From Selaginella moellendorffii (Eukaryota; Plantae; Lycopodiophyta), in assembly GCF_000143415.4 (NCBI RefSeq), contig NW_003314317.1:1235823-1299822 (forward strand): 64,000 nt of DNA, given 5' to 3'. The translations under genes and the position numbers were made by a program. Positions 46,483 through 59,339 of this stretch are shown here, piece by piece. The notes below the pieces were generated by a model. That model saw only the letters and a list, made by a program, of their open reading frames with translations, was not told the origin of the DNA and made no database searches. Within the stretch, counting starts at the first letter, position 1, and each line of letters starts with the position of its first letter.

Positions 46483-46814
46483 AGTGAAAGCAATTATACC
46501 CTTTCATTTATCCTTGTTTACAAACATATTGACTTTCATTCTGTGGATGTGAGTTCTTTTGTTTGAATGTGTTTCTTTTAATGTCTTGAATACCTTGGAG
46601 TGAGTGTGTCTGTGTGTGGCATTTGCAATGCACTTTGATATTGGATCACATGCCTGTGCTTCTTTTGTGTCGTGAGGCCACCATTGGCAAATAAAGAGCA
46701 ACTGGTTGTGTTGGTGAGAGACAAGGAAGCACTGCCAGATATTCTATGCCACGTGGCTTGGGTGACTACACTTCTAAGGCGGTACAAGCTTTTCATCTTC
46801 CATTCAAGCAACAC

Positions 46815-47567
46815 AGTTACACTCCACCTGTGTTGCCTCCAGGAACATCTTAAGATCATGGAAGCGAGGCTCTTCTTCAATGAGCTTTGGGTGTCGACCA
46901 GGTCGTCAGCACCTCAATGAAGTCGTCAATCAACCTGAACACACGAATGAACACGGACATGAACATGGCAGGAGGAGAGACGTGAGCTTACGAATCGGCC
47001 TGAGAAGCAGATGCTTCATCCATCTTGGGTGACTCGTTGGCAACCTGAAATTCAAGAGAGAGGGAGGGAGAGAGAGGGAGATGGAGAGGGAGAGGGACGT
47101 ACGTATGCATTGAGAAGATCACGAATCTTGGGGAACTTATGGACAAGCTCTTCCACAAAGCGAGTAGGAAGCGAACCGCTGCCATGCCCTCCTAAGACCT
47201 TCTCTAAACATTGATGAAGCTTAGCGATCTCCCTCCCTGCAGCAACATGGATCTCCTTGGGGCCGACGTAGGAGGCAAGCCAAATGATCTTAACCAGGAA
47301 GACTGGCTACTGCTCCTGCAGCTTCCTCTTCCGAAGAGGATCTTGAGAGGCGACAAGTCCCCGTGGATGACACCCCTGGCATGAATCGTGGCAAGAGCCT
47401 CATGGGCAGGGCACGCTGTAAGAGGTGTACCTTCATCGCTGGTCATCACGTAGGCGAACATTGTCCCACACAAGAAACCCCACGAGACGAGGCGTGGTAT
47501 CTGCACGCCCTGCAGTTTGTGGAGCGTCTTGTACGCGTCCACCTCGGTGACGACCTTCCGGAGGTTG
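46815..47567 (-). pseudogene. Degenerate duplicate of the kinase-like gene
   Basis: LRKVVTEVDAYKTLHKLQGVQIPRLVSWGFLCGTMFAYVMTSDEG and IHGDL are nearly identical to the 50298-51305 product; deletions and frameshifts; no 5' part. Confidence 0.85.
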
Positions 47568-50297
47568 TTCAGGTGGAGTGTAACTGTGTTGCACATGAAG
47601 AACAGAAGATGAAAAAGAAATTGAAAAGCCATAAAAAAGGAAGAAGGAAACCAACCATTGTTGTGTGTTTGCCAAAAACACGGCACTGTTACATGGTTCC
47701 AACAAGTATCAAACGCATTCTTTCTTTCCAGCGCTGGACAAAACCCAGTCAATGCGAAGCCAATAAAGGTCTTCAAAGACTGTGTTGGACTTCCATTGAC
47801 TACCGTTGAGCTCAATTGTGGACCCTCCCCTCAAGATCGTCATCCGCGCAACGGCGCCTTCGCGCAGTCGAGGCTCGTCAATCAGGCACAAGTAGTGCTG
47901 GACACTCTGGGCGATACCAAACTGGAAACGCTCCCGTCCCCGGTCGATCTCTCCGGTGTGAGAGGAAAGTGAACTCGCAAGCTCTCGTCCCTCATTCTCT
48001 GGAACAGCGACAATGCGTGATCAGATCGAGCGTAGACGTTTATGCGGGAAGGCTCAAATGTTTCCAACAGCTTAGCTCGGAGTATCCTTCAATCGAAAGT
48101 GTTAGAACCTGAATTTCTTATGAATCGTAGATGCTACTGTTCTACAACGAGCCAACAAGGCGAGTATGTTGTTTACAATGTCTTCTGTTTTTAATGCTTC
48201 CGATCTTAATGAACTGAAGGTACCATCTTCATAAAACCAGCTTTCGTATTGCAGGACGCAGCGGCCGAGCTGGTCTGCCAGGAAAGGTTTTGACACTGTA
48301 CCTTTGAAAACGGAGCTAGCGTCACGCTCTTTGTTCTCCAGAGGCTTCATTGGTGTAAGCAGAAAAAGCTCGAGCACAGACAAATCTATATGAGCAACCA
48401 TTAGATGAAATAAAACGAGCAGCTACCAGCAAGTGAGCAAATTATCGGTGGATGTTTTAATGTTAATGTAGGTGCTCGGGCAGGAGACTTTCGCCGATCG
48501 AATTTCGATCGTAAGGAAGATCTTTTGTTTGTTATCTCAGCTTTGATCGAAGTCTCTCGTTTTCACGAATAACATTTTGAGTGATGTTGATCACGGGAGA
48601 TTGCAAAACAATTATGCGTAGAACACGAGCTCGAGTTTTCCAAAGCTGTGAGTTGTTTGGAATGATTATCGTTTTTTCACGCTCTTTCTCCCTGCAGGCA
48701 TCCTTTGACAACCTACGCTTTCTGACTGTCATTCTGGAGTACGTGCCTCTTTAAAGTGACCAAGGTTCCATTCTTATGTGCTCAAGAGCCGTTTGCTCTA
48801 GCTCACAAGGTTTGTTTGTTGAAACTACTCTGAACATGACCGATCGTTGGGCTCTTGTTGCAGAAACCAAAGCTTTCCCTTCTGTGCAACTTGCTGGATC
48901 TCTTGCAATCGCCCTGTTCCTGAGCAGCTGTAATTGGCATTAGCTGCAGACTGGTATATATCTTGTTTTGCAAAGAAACTCTTTTTTTCTTATTGTAGAA
49001 AAACGAAGTGAGATCTCATTTTTCACAATGCAAGATATTTTTCTTCCTCCTTCCACCAGGTAACCTTTCTTCGTCAACTCCTAGTGCATATTACCTCCAG
49101 TCGAAAACCTGGCTCAGCATGCCCAAGTGAATAAGCTGGCAGAACTGGATCTTAGTCCAAGAAATATTATTGACTCCCTGAGAAGATCACACAGTTCACT
49201 GGCGAGGAAAAAATTCACATAATGCTTGCAAACTGGTGATGCACAGATTGTAAAGTTGACAATGATGTAGATGCTTACAAAGGGATGTATGCCCAAGTGA
49301 GGTGTATAATCACAAGAAAAGCGCTTCAAAGACACTCATAATAACTCATAATAATTATTAATAGGCTAACATTAATCTTGTTAACTCAAAGTAAAAACTT
49401 AGATTGCTAAATTTAATTTAATTATTTTAATTACCAAATTTTTTAGCATATAGTTAATGAGCGAAAAAAGAAGATCACAGAGTAACACTCAATGCCAAAG
49501 CTAACACAAAAAATAGAGTTAATATACCAATGGCCTAATGCACAGATATAGGTATTCCAATAGCTAGCATAATATGGAATTTGTAACCCCATAAATTAGA
49601 CACTTAAGTTGGAGGGAAATTTTAAAACATCTTTTTTTTACATTTCATTTTACTAAAAAACAAACATGAGTATTATGAGCTATAATGGAAAAATAGAAGA
49701 GGATTTCAAGAGAATTAGATTGGCCATCACAAATTATGCTTCATTTTCCATTCCAACCTCATTATAAATAGGGTTTTTTATTCAATCTAGTTATACTAAA
49801 GAGAACAATTTAAAGTTTAATAATAATGCATCCTTTTTCTATTTATTTAAAGGTTTGTTTATATTTAAGGTCTTTAAATCCGATTTTATTGCTAAGATTG
49901 ATATCTGATACAAAGCATGGTGGATTGTACATAACCAAATGAAACACTTTTAAAGATAAAAGTTCCAAGTTTTTAAACTAAATCCTTAAATTTGAAACTC
50001 CAAGCCAACCAATTTTAACTTATCCAATTCCAAACCATCCAACTTTAAAGTATCAAACTGTAAAATTGTAAAAAAAAAAGAGGCAAGGGAGGAAAAAATA
50101 ATGTAAAAGGAAGTGAAATGAGAAGAAATGAAAGATGAAATAAACTATTAAGTGTTATAATTAATCTATATTAAATTTAAGATAGAATATAGTCATGAGT
50201 GTTTGTCCAAACTTTGACTAAGAATTTTATATATTGTAAGAACAAGTGGAAACAAATGTGAAAAAACAAATAAGAAAGTTATGTTTAAAATCCATTT

Positions 50298-51950
50298 CTA
50301 ATTATAGCAAAATTTAAGATTTGTTAAACCACTAATGGAATAATAATTAAAACATTTATGTATAAATTTCAACTTTCCTAGTATGAAATCCAGTTTCACT
50401 CCACCTGAACTACTCAGTTGCCTCCTTTCTGCCAGGAACCTCCTGAGCTCATCGAAGCGAGGCTCCTTTTTAAGGAGCTTGGGGTTGTCAACTGGAGTCG
50501 TCAATGCATCGACCACCACATACTCTTTGAAGTAGCGAGATAACCTGAAAGCACGGATCAAAACGGATAAACACGGCAGGAAGAGAGACGTGCGCTTACA
50601 TTTCAGATGCTTCAGACGCTTCGTCCGTCTTGGGTGATGACTCGTCATCTCCTTGCAGGTTAGCACCCAACCTGAAAACCAAGCACACATGTAACGATTG
50701 ATTGCATCAGGAACACACACGTACGCGTTGAGAAGATCACAAATCTTGGGGAACTTGTGGAAGACAATCGATGAGCTCTTCCGCAAGGCAAGGAGGAAGC
50801 GATCCACTGCCATGTCCTCCTCCGCCCGAACGAACATCAAGACCTCCTCGAAACATTGCTGAAGCTTAGCCATCTCCCTCCCTGCAGAAACATGGATCTC
50901 CTTGGGGCCGACGTAAGAGGCAGTTGAGAAGCCGATGATCGTCACCCAAGAAGACTGGCTGCTGCGGCTTTCTCTCCTGACGAGGATCTTGAGAGGCACC
51001 AAGTCCCCGTGGATGAGACCCCTGGCCTGAATCCTGGCAAGAGCCTCATAGGCAGGAGCAAGTGCTGCTTGTATGTCTCGCACGCTAAACGTCAAGTAGC
51101 TACTCAGAGGCCAACCTTCGTCGCTGGTCATCACGTAGGCGAACATTGTCCCACACAAGAAGCCCCACGAGACGAGGCGTGGTATCTGAACTCCCTGCAG
51201 TTTGTGGAGCGTCTTGTACGCGTCCACCTCGGTGATGACCTTCCGGAGGTTCGTCTCCACGTCCAGAAGCCAGGGATTAGTCAAGTCCCGCACCTTGAGA
51301 ACCACGGGCTGCTGTTTGTACTTCGCGGAGACGACGGATGACTTAGCGTCTCTCGGCCACTTGCAAGAGAAAGCTGAGATTCTTCATGCCATGAATGATC
51401 GCCCCTGCATGAGATGACCTTTGTTGTTATCTCCGATCGACTGCTGGGGATCGTCTCTTGCCAGCTGAAGAACAAACCCGAGAGCCCACCATGATGAAAC
51501 TGGAGCGGAAAGTAGCGTGTCTCCTCTACTTATCTTGGCATACCGGATGGATTCACCATCCACCAGAACACCAAAGGAAGCACCGGTGAGCAGCATGTAT
51601 GTGAAAAGCCTCCTGTAACACTTGGATGAGTGCAAAGAACAAGGAAAACCAAGCCAGACCTTACAACATCTTGTATAGCGTGATCACAGTCGACAATCCC
51701 AACGAGAAGAGGCCGATCGGTTGCGCGACAAAGAGGTCCGGCTGGCCAATTGTGTTGGTTCCCCAGGGTGGAGGAAGTTTTGGGCAGCAAACCGGAGAAA
51801 TACCTTGAGAGTGCCAGCGATTTCCAGCTGCTCCCCAATTGCCCGCTCTGTGGGTGGATTGGACTTGAGCCACTCTGCATGAGCGTGCTTGAATTCCACC
51901 CAGGGGCGCACACCGTTGACGTTACACACCCAGCGCCCGGACGCAGCAAA
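50298..51950 (-). CDS. Atypical protein-kinase-like gene (possibly REase-like + kinase fusion), possibly disrupted
   Basis: VLKV..., EVDAYKTLHKLQGVQIPRL, ALARIQARGLIHGDLVPLKIL (catalytic-loop-like) and VTIIGFS (DFG position). Upstream segments VRPWVEF, IGQPDLFV and LFTYMLLTGASFGVLVDG. Start codon and frame continuity are not established. Confidence 0.55.
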
Positions 51951-51959
51951 TTCTTCTTC

Positions 51960-53754
51960 TATGAATGGGCCTTCTCTCGGGGGAATGACGCATCATCCAC
52001 GAGCAAAGTCTTGGTCGTTCTCGAAGAACTCAAGGAATGTGCCCAAGATGGACATCGTCCACATTGGAGCTGTGGAGCCTCCAATCTCTACGCTCTCATC
52101 CCAAATGCACGCGTGACGAGCATTGGATCATCGCAGTGCCGTGGCTTAAAATTCCTTGATCCTGGGCCACGCGAAGAATGGTGGAAGTGGTGGGGCTAGA
52201 TCAAAGAACTGGGATGCAGCCAAGAATGGTGAAAGTGGTGGGAGCGAGATCAAAGAAGTTGGATGAAGCGAAGTGAAGAACGGTGGAAGCGGTGGAACGA
52301 GATCAAAGAACTTGGATGAAATGAATGAATGGTGGAAGTGGTTGAAGAATTTAGATGAAGCATAGAATCGATATTGAAGTAAAGCTGACAACCAAGGCGT
52401 GGCAGGAGTCTGTCGAAGCCCATTTTCCAACATATGACTTGGATGAAGCCAAGAACGGTGGAACGAGATCAAAGAACTTGAATGCTGAAAGTGGTGGAGC
52501 GAGATCAAAGAATGGAAGTGAAGAGAACGCTCTCGGCTTGTTCTGCTATAGCCGAGCTGCGAGCCGGATGCTCAAGCAGCTTTCAAGGCCTTATGGATCT
52601 GGTGAATCTTTGTCGCCGCCTGCGCTCATCTCGCAAGCTCAGAAGAAGCTCGTGATCTCAAGCTAAAAGCTATGGCGCTCGAGCAGGGAATGGTCGTCCA
52701 CAATCAACCCGCGAGGAATGGCTGCGAGCTCGACGTGTTCTGTTGGACACGTACGTGTGGGAGCTTGAGGAGCTTTTGTGTTCTGGAACTCCTTGATGCT
52801 GGGCTACTGCGAGAACAAGCAAGCCGGCATGGTGGTGCTGCTCTTCCCCTTCATGCAGCTCGAGGGCTGTGGTCTAGACGCTGGATCCTTCGTTCCTCCG
52901 CTCAAGGCCTTGGCGAGTCTAGCATCGATCGAGAGAAGCCCGGAGATCAAGCCCAACTTGCTCGTCATGCGGAGGAGCACGGCCTCGCTGCACTCGCAAG
53001 CGTCCGAGCGTGGCTTCGACTTGAATCCCCGGGTGGCGAGCAGCCTCGTCGACTGCTACTCCAAATCCGGGAGCTTGATCGAGGCAAGGAGAGTCTACGA
53101 CCGGATCGAGCAGCGCGATCCAGTGCTGTGGACTTCGCTCATCGTCGCCTGTGCCGATGCCGGTGAGTCGCAGCTCGCGCCAGCTTTGTTCTCTCAGATG
53201 AAAGTTGACGAGTGGAAGCTGCTCTGTCCGCGGCGATCAAAGCTTGCGGGAGTGGCCCCGCGGCGCTGCTCGAGACGGGGAAGCTCGTCCATGGCGATGC
53301 ATGTTGACACGGCCTGGAAGTCGACCCGGGGGTGGTGGTCTCTCTCGTTGACTTCTACAGGAACATGGTCGATGCTCGCTGCGCTTTTGATGCAAGCTCG
53401 CAGCTCCTAGAGCGCGCTCTTGGCTGGCTATGGTTGCCGAGGTGATAACAAACTGGTGCTCGAGATGTTCCACAGGACCACGGACGAAGGCTTGCGGCTT
53501 GAGCGTGGTGGTGGTCTTGTTGATCAAAGCCGAGAGTGCCGGTATGTGTTCGTCCCGGGATGGAGGACGGATATCTTGAGCCGGGCGGACGAGATGAGTG
53601 AAGCTCGCGAGGACGATGTCTAGACGAAGCGGTGGTGATTTCTCCGTTGGCGTGGCACCAGCGGCTTGTAGAAAGTGGAAGAATTGAGGTGGCTTTTGAG
53701 GAGCTGAGTGGTGAAGCTGTATACTATCTTATGGCAAATGCTTGCTCGACCTGA
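51960..53754 (+). pseudogene. PPR pseudogene, paralog of 43104-45761
   Basis: 52778-53210 is nearly identical to 44637-45070 and shares the GGSGG repeat; many deletions, frameshifts and stops elsewhere. Confidence 0.92.
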
Positions 53755-53845
53755 AAAGGTGTGATTTTTCCCAAGCAAATAGCTTGTATATCTATCAAGA
53801 AGAATGCAACAACGAGCTTACGATCGCGAACTCCTTGGATCTTTT

Positions 53846-56800
53846 TTACGCTGCCAGGCTCTTGGAGGCGATCTCAAACACATTCTCTGACAGGCCATCG
53901 GTTTTAGCAATGCGTTCCAGTTGAGCCTACAAGGACAAAGTCACACACATTTGAGAAGAGAAGACCTGGAAAACAAACACTGCTTAACCTTAGCCAGCGA
54001 TTGTCTGCCTTCATCAAAGCGTTTCCACCTCGACAATGACGATACCATTCGCGATGCCACCTGTGAGGACGAAGTTAAGATACGAAGAAAGTGTGCTTGC
54101 GAGTTACCTGAGGGTTCATTTTGTCCAACTGCAAAGTCACCTCTGCCAGAAACTCGTAGCCAGAGCCATCTTTAGCGTGAAAGTTGACAGCGGTCCGACA
54201 GAAAGGACCGATCAAAGAATACACCTGTGTAGCAAGGGATGTTTTAGCTCCTGAGAAAGGTGATCTGAAACACGGAACCTTGTTTGGGTTCTTCATATCG
54301 AAGGACGGATGATCTAGCAATCGCCTCATGTTCTTAACATTTCCAGGGATATCAGACATAGATTGTAACACCAGCCATTTGTTCACAACCTGCATGTTTT
54401 TGCTCAGTCTCCATGAAAAAAGAAGCAAAGGAAATTCTTACCAAAGTTTCGTCCTTCCACTGCTCGTAGAAGTTTGCCAAAGCTTCATCACGCACGTCCC
54501 CAGGATTCTGGCAAAGTGACGAGAGGGCTGCAAATTGATCTGTCATGTTTGTTGCGCTTTTGTATTCCTTCAAAGCAAGCTCAGTAGTGTCCGCCTCGTC
54601 CAGAGAGCAGAGGTAGCCTGCAAATCACGCACTCAACTCTAAGAGAACAACTATCAAGGAAGCGACTCACCGAGAGCGAGGTTTTTTAAGGATCTCCTGG
54701 CTTTGTTTTTGTGATCGAATGTGTAGTGCGGATCAGAACTTCGGTTTTCAGTCACCTGCATCAGAAAACGGATGTCATGGCAGAAACAAACACGATAAGT
54801 CTATACTCACAGTTTTCAGGAAATCTTGCTTCAGTTTCGACGCAAGCTCTCTTATCACAAATTTTCGGACAGTATGTACTGCATCTGGATCTGCAACCTC
54901 CATCAAGTCCATCAGTTCGCTTTCTCCAGGAAGTGTTAGTGCCTTTGCCACAAATTCCTGTAATATGTCCGTCAGCTAGAGCCTAGAAGCATGAGAAAAA
55001 CATGCCTTATCTAACGAGGAATCGTTGAGAATACTGCGCATGCCTTCCACAAATGCGGATGGAACCGCGAGCTGTTCGTTTCTTTGTGCTTTCGGAATAA
55101 GATCCAGCATAAGTTTTCTTCCCATCGTCTGTCCAGCCTCCCATCTGTTAAACTCGTCGGAGTCATGCGCGAGCAAAAAGAGCAAATCGTCATCCGTCAC
55201 AGTCGGCGTCACAAGGCGCACGGGAGCACTAAAGTTTCTTAGGAAAGATGGCACAGGTTTCTCAGGCAAATTGAGAAAAGTGAACTCTTGCTCTTCCTGC
55301 AAAAGTACACTGGTTAGAACACCAAAACCAAACAAGATGCACCCTCACCTTATCAACAACAAGTACGGCTGTCTTTGCAGGTCCCCCCGCTGTGTCTTTC
55401 AATGACTTGAGTGATCCTCCATCAAGCAACTCGGTCAACACCATGTCTTCGCCTTTTGAATTTAGTAGACCCACAGCCAATGGTATTAACGTCGGCTCCT
55501 TCACAGGTTGCCCAGGTGTAGAAGGAATTTCTTGCCTAAGGAGAAAACGCAGGAGAAATAAAGAATAGAAAGGCCACCTCTTACTTGCACTTTACAGTAT
55601 AGCTACGAGCTGCAGCATCATACGCTGTCGAAACAGTAAGAATGGGTGTTCCAGCTTGAGAATACCTGTAAGAACATGGTCAGGCAGGTGAACACTTGTG
55701 CATTAGCTTACCATCTCAAGAAAACTGAAAGATTGGCGGAATTAGCGTCTCGCATAGCAGCAAAGAAATCCTCGCAAGTTACAGCTTGTCCGTCGTGGCG
55801 TTCAAAGTACAAGTCCATGCCCTGTGCAACACCGTCTGCAAAGATATAAGATACTGAACACAAACCTTCCGAAACCCATCTTTCCCAAGCAATGTTTGGT
55901 ACATGCGAACGACTTCCGCACCCTTTTCATACACCTGTAGACATAGACGTAGAATTAAGACGCCTAACAATATCGTTTTCGAACTTCTTACCGTCACTAC
56001 GTAAATATGAAGGACAGATAACAAAATGTCAGTCGCGGGAAAACTACAATTCTAAAGCTCATACCCGTATAGAAGTTGTCCATCTGCAAATAAGCTCTTT
56101 TTTAGTAAGAGTTTTTGCAAATGAGGAGTACCTTAATGTAAGAATGCGGACGGACAGGGTGCGCCATGGGACCAGCGTCCTATTGCGGACAACAAGGTCA
56201 GTGTGATTTGAAGAGAAAGAAGAAGGAAAAAACCTCTGGTACCTCTGAGAATTGTGCTGTTCTGAGAAGAGCGACATCACCGATACGTTTGACAGGTCGA
56301 GAGCCCATATCAGAAGAAAACTCCTGTAACTTGGCATTTCAGTACACAAAGAAACCAACGCAAAAACTATACGCACCTGATCCCTGAAAACTGTAAGACC
56401 CTCCTTCAGACTCAATTGAAACCAATCACGGCATGTCACCCTGTATTACATGACTATAGCTAAAGCAGTGACAATGCGACGACGTACCTATTCCCAGTCC
56501 AATTGTGGAAGTACTGCAAAGCAAACGTAGAGGTTAGTGGTTGTAGAACCTCTAATTCAGACCAACCTCATGACCGATCACACCCAAAATTGCCGCGTAG
56601 TCAACATCTGTAGCAGTTTCAGCAGATGCCAGAACAAGTTTCGAGTTGAATATCTGATACGAATAGAAAAATTAAGTGAATACAACAGCAAAAAAGAGAC
56701 TCACATTCAAGCTCTTGTTCTCCATAGCACCCCTACACCATGCATCAGTTACCAAAAACGAACAAAAACAACGGCATCTTACATGTTGAAATCGGGAACA

Positions 56801-58376
56801 GCGACAATGTTAAACAGGTCAAGATCATACTCCAACCCATACACCTGTGCGAAGTTGAGATAAAAGAGACAGAGAGAGAAAAAAGACTTCTACTTACATC
56901 CTCATCCCACTTCATTGAAAGCTTGAGAGCATGCATAGCATGCTCTGTCTTTGGGACGTCTTGTGCAGGAGTCCAAATCCTCAGTTGAACATCCCTTCCT
57001 GAACGCGTTTTAAAAGTATCGTCTCTGGACGTGAGTTGCCCCGCTACCAAGGCAAAGAGGTAGCAAGGCTTTTTGAAAGGATCCTCCCACACAGCATAAT
57101 GAAATCCATTCTGACCACAGCACGTCAGGCTCTACACAATGCCAGTGAAGAAACAATGCCAACCTCGAGGTCTCCGGAGTCTATAAGGTTGCCATTCGAC
57201 AAAAGAACGGGATACTGTGCTTTGTCCGCTTCTATCCTGGTAGTGAACTTTGCCATAACGTCTGGCCGATCCTGTAATAGCTCGCCAGAATGTCAGCCAA
57301 ACATTGTCACAAAAAAGACCTGGTAAAAGGTTATCTTTCTAAAACCTTCAGCTTCGCATTGTGTACAAAACATGCCGCTGGAAGACTTGTAGAGCCCCTG
57401 TTGGAGAAAAAAAAGTAACCATACTAAAAAAACTTGATCCCACTTACTTCGAGAGACAAGTTAGTCTCCGGGTGTATCTCAGAGCCAATCTCTAAATCAA
57501 AAGGCTGAACAGGAAGTGACTTCAACGTCAGATGACGGCTGGTCAGCTCAACTTCTTCCAGCTTCCGTTCTTCGCCGTTGATTTTAACAAAGAGAAGTTT
57601 CACGTCACGACCATCCAAAACCAATGGCGGGCTTTCACCTGCATGGCTTCTGGTTAATGACTACCAAGATAGCGAACGAAACAACGAAAGTGAAAAAGAA
57701 AATACTTGAGTTTCTCGGCAAAACCCGGATCTTAGACACCACGGTTGTCTTTTTCTCAGACAGAACAAATTTCAGCTCGACCTGGGTGGAAAAAACGAAA
57801 TCAGCATCCAAGTAGTACGGTGCGTTACCGTGTCAAAGTGATAGCCAGTGGGCTTGTAATCCTTCAAAAAAATCTCCTTGGGAGCCTCCTTGACAGCCAT
57901 CTCTTCAGCTACAGGAGAAGCTCCAACACTCACTGTGGAGAATTGGCTAGACCCTGCAAAAGCACGCTACAGTTCACGACATGTGTTAGTCCGTAAGCTT
58001 CACGAAAATGAAAGAAAAAAAAAGTACCGGCAATTTCAATCGGCTTCCACGCACGCAACCAAGTTCCTACAGTTTTTGTTCGAAGATGAGAACCATAAAC
58101 AATGCTTGCAACATCTACCTTGAATTTCGAAGACAAGGCAAACGTGGAACTGGATTTACAGTACCGAGTGAAGCTCCTTGCCTGCAAAAGCAAGTAGCAA
58201 ATTAGAGGAAGTAAAATTGACATGAAAAGGAAGAACCGAGAGAGAACAAAAAGAAGAATCTGAAGCAAGAAGAAATAAAGCACCGGGAAAGCTCTGGTGG
58301 CTAATGACAGTCGCGAGGAGACGGCCAAGACGAAACTAAGCCCTGGTCTCTGGCAAGGCGCCACGACGGTGGCCAT
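53846..58376 (-). CDS. MPA1: M1-family (PepN-like, puromycin-sensitive) aminopeptidase, many short exons, transit-peptide-like N-terminus
   Basis: [10 protein letters not shown]; [12 protein letters not shown]; [17 protein letters not shown]; GAMEN; HEYFHNW...[21 protein letters not shown] (HExxH+E); [11 protein letters not shown]; [14 protein letters not shown]; ends [15 protein letters not shown] (TAA 53848-53846). Confidence 0.95.
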
Positions 58377-59057
58377 TTCTCCTCTAAAACCCCTAAAATC
58401 CAAAGACACAACACAGGCAGCTCCATTCTTTTAGAATCTCTACTGCTGGAGATCATCAAAGCACGAATGCGCTGCGCACAAAATCGCGAAAAACCTCACC
58501 CGATCGGCGCCTACGCCCAGCGCCTCGAGCAAATATTATCGCTCGCCTCTTTTAGGTCAACACGGCACTAAAAGTTAGCGAGGTATCTAAGGATTAAAAG
58601 TTACCAAGGATTTCAAAGTTACTACTCGTGGCCCCGCGACCAAGACTGATTGGTTTAATCTTCCTTTGCCTGACAGAAAGGATCGATCACCTCATTGATA
58701 AGATGATTTCATTCAAGAACAGACCGAGCCTGGTCTTAGGAACATTGTTTTCTCCACGACTTCCGGGAAGTACTGGACAATCTGCTATGGCCAGTTCACA
58801 CAGAGCACCTTATGGAAACTGCTACTGAGCCTTACACTGCCCATCTCTATGCTTGTCCCGGCTCCAGTTGCACTGCTCTACTTGCAAAACAGAAGAACAC
58901 GAGTAACGAGCTCATCGATTCCATCTCGGGAGTTCCATGGCAGTTCACGTTCCCAGAGCTAGTGCTAACTTTAGAAGGATGAGACGAAGACTAAAAAGCA
59001 AGCTATCATCAAAGTGCTTATAGCATCAGGGCTCCTATATATTATTTATAAAAAAAA

Positions 59058-59092
59058 GGACCTCCCGGGAAGTTCAAATTTAGGAGTTTACA
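59058..59092 (+). mobile_element. 3'-end fragment of the 5S-bearing LTR family
   Basis: gacctcccgggaagttcaaatttaggagtttaca versus gacctcccgggaagtccaaattcaggagcttaca at 7579-7612. Confidence 0.7.
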
Positions 59093-59339
59093 CTACCCTA
59101 AACTTAGAAATAACCATTGCTTGGCACGATCTGTACAAAAAAGACTTCAATAAAAGCAAAAAAATATTAATTTATATATAAACACAAAAAGGAATATCTT
59201 GTGATAAATTAGTCCATTGCCGGCCTGTCATTAAATTTGTCTGGAAGGCAATAAAAAAAGAAATGATGGTTGATTGCAGTTGGGATGTTATCTAATATAA
59301 CATTTCTGAATAAAAAAAAAATTAAAAAAAAAAACAAAA

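Noticed and set aside
47620-49330. Possible additional gene between the kinase-like copies
   Set aside because: Only short ORFs on both strands, with no recognisable motif or consistent exon chain.
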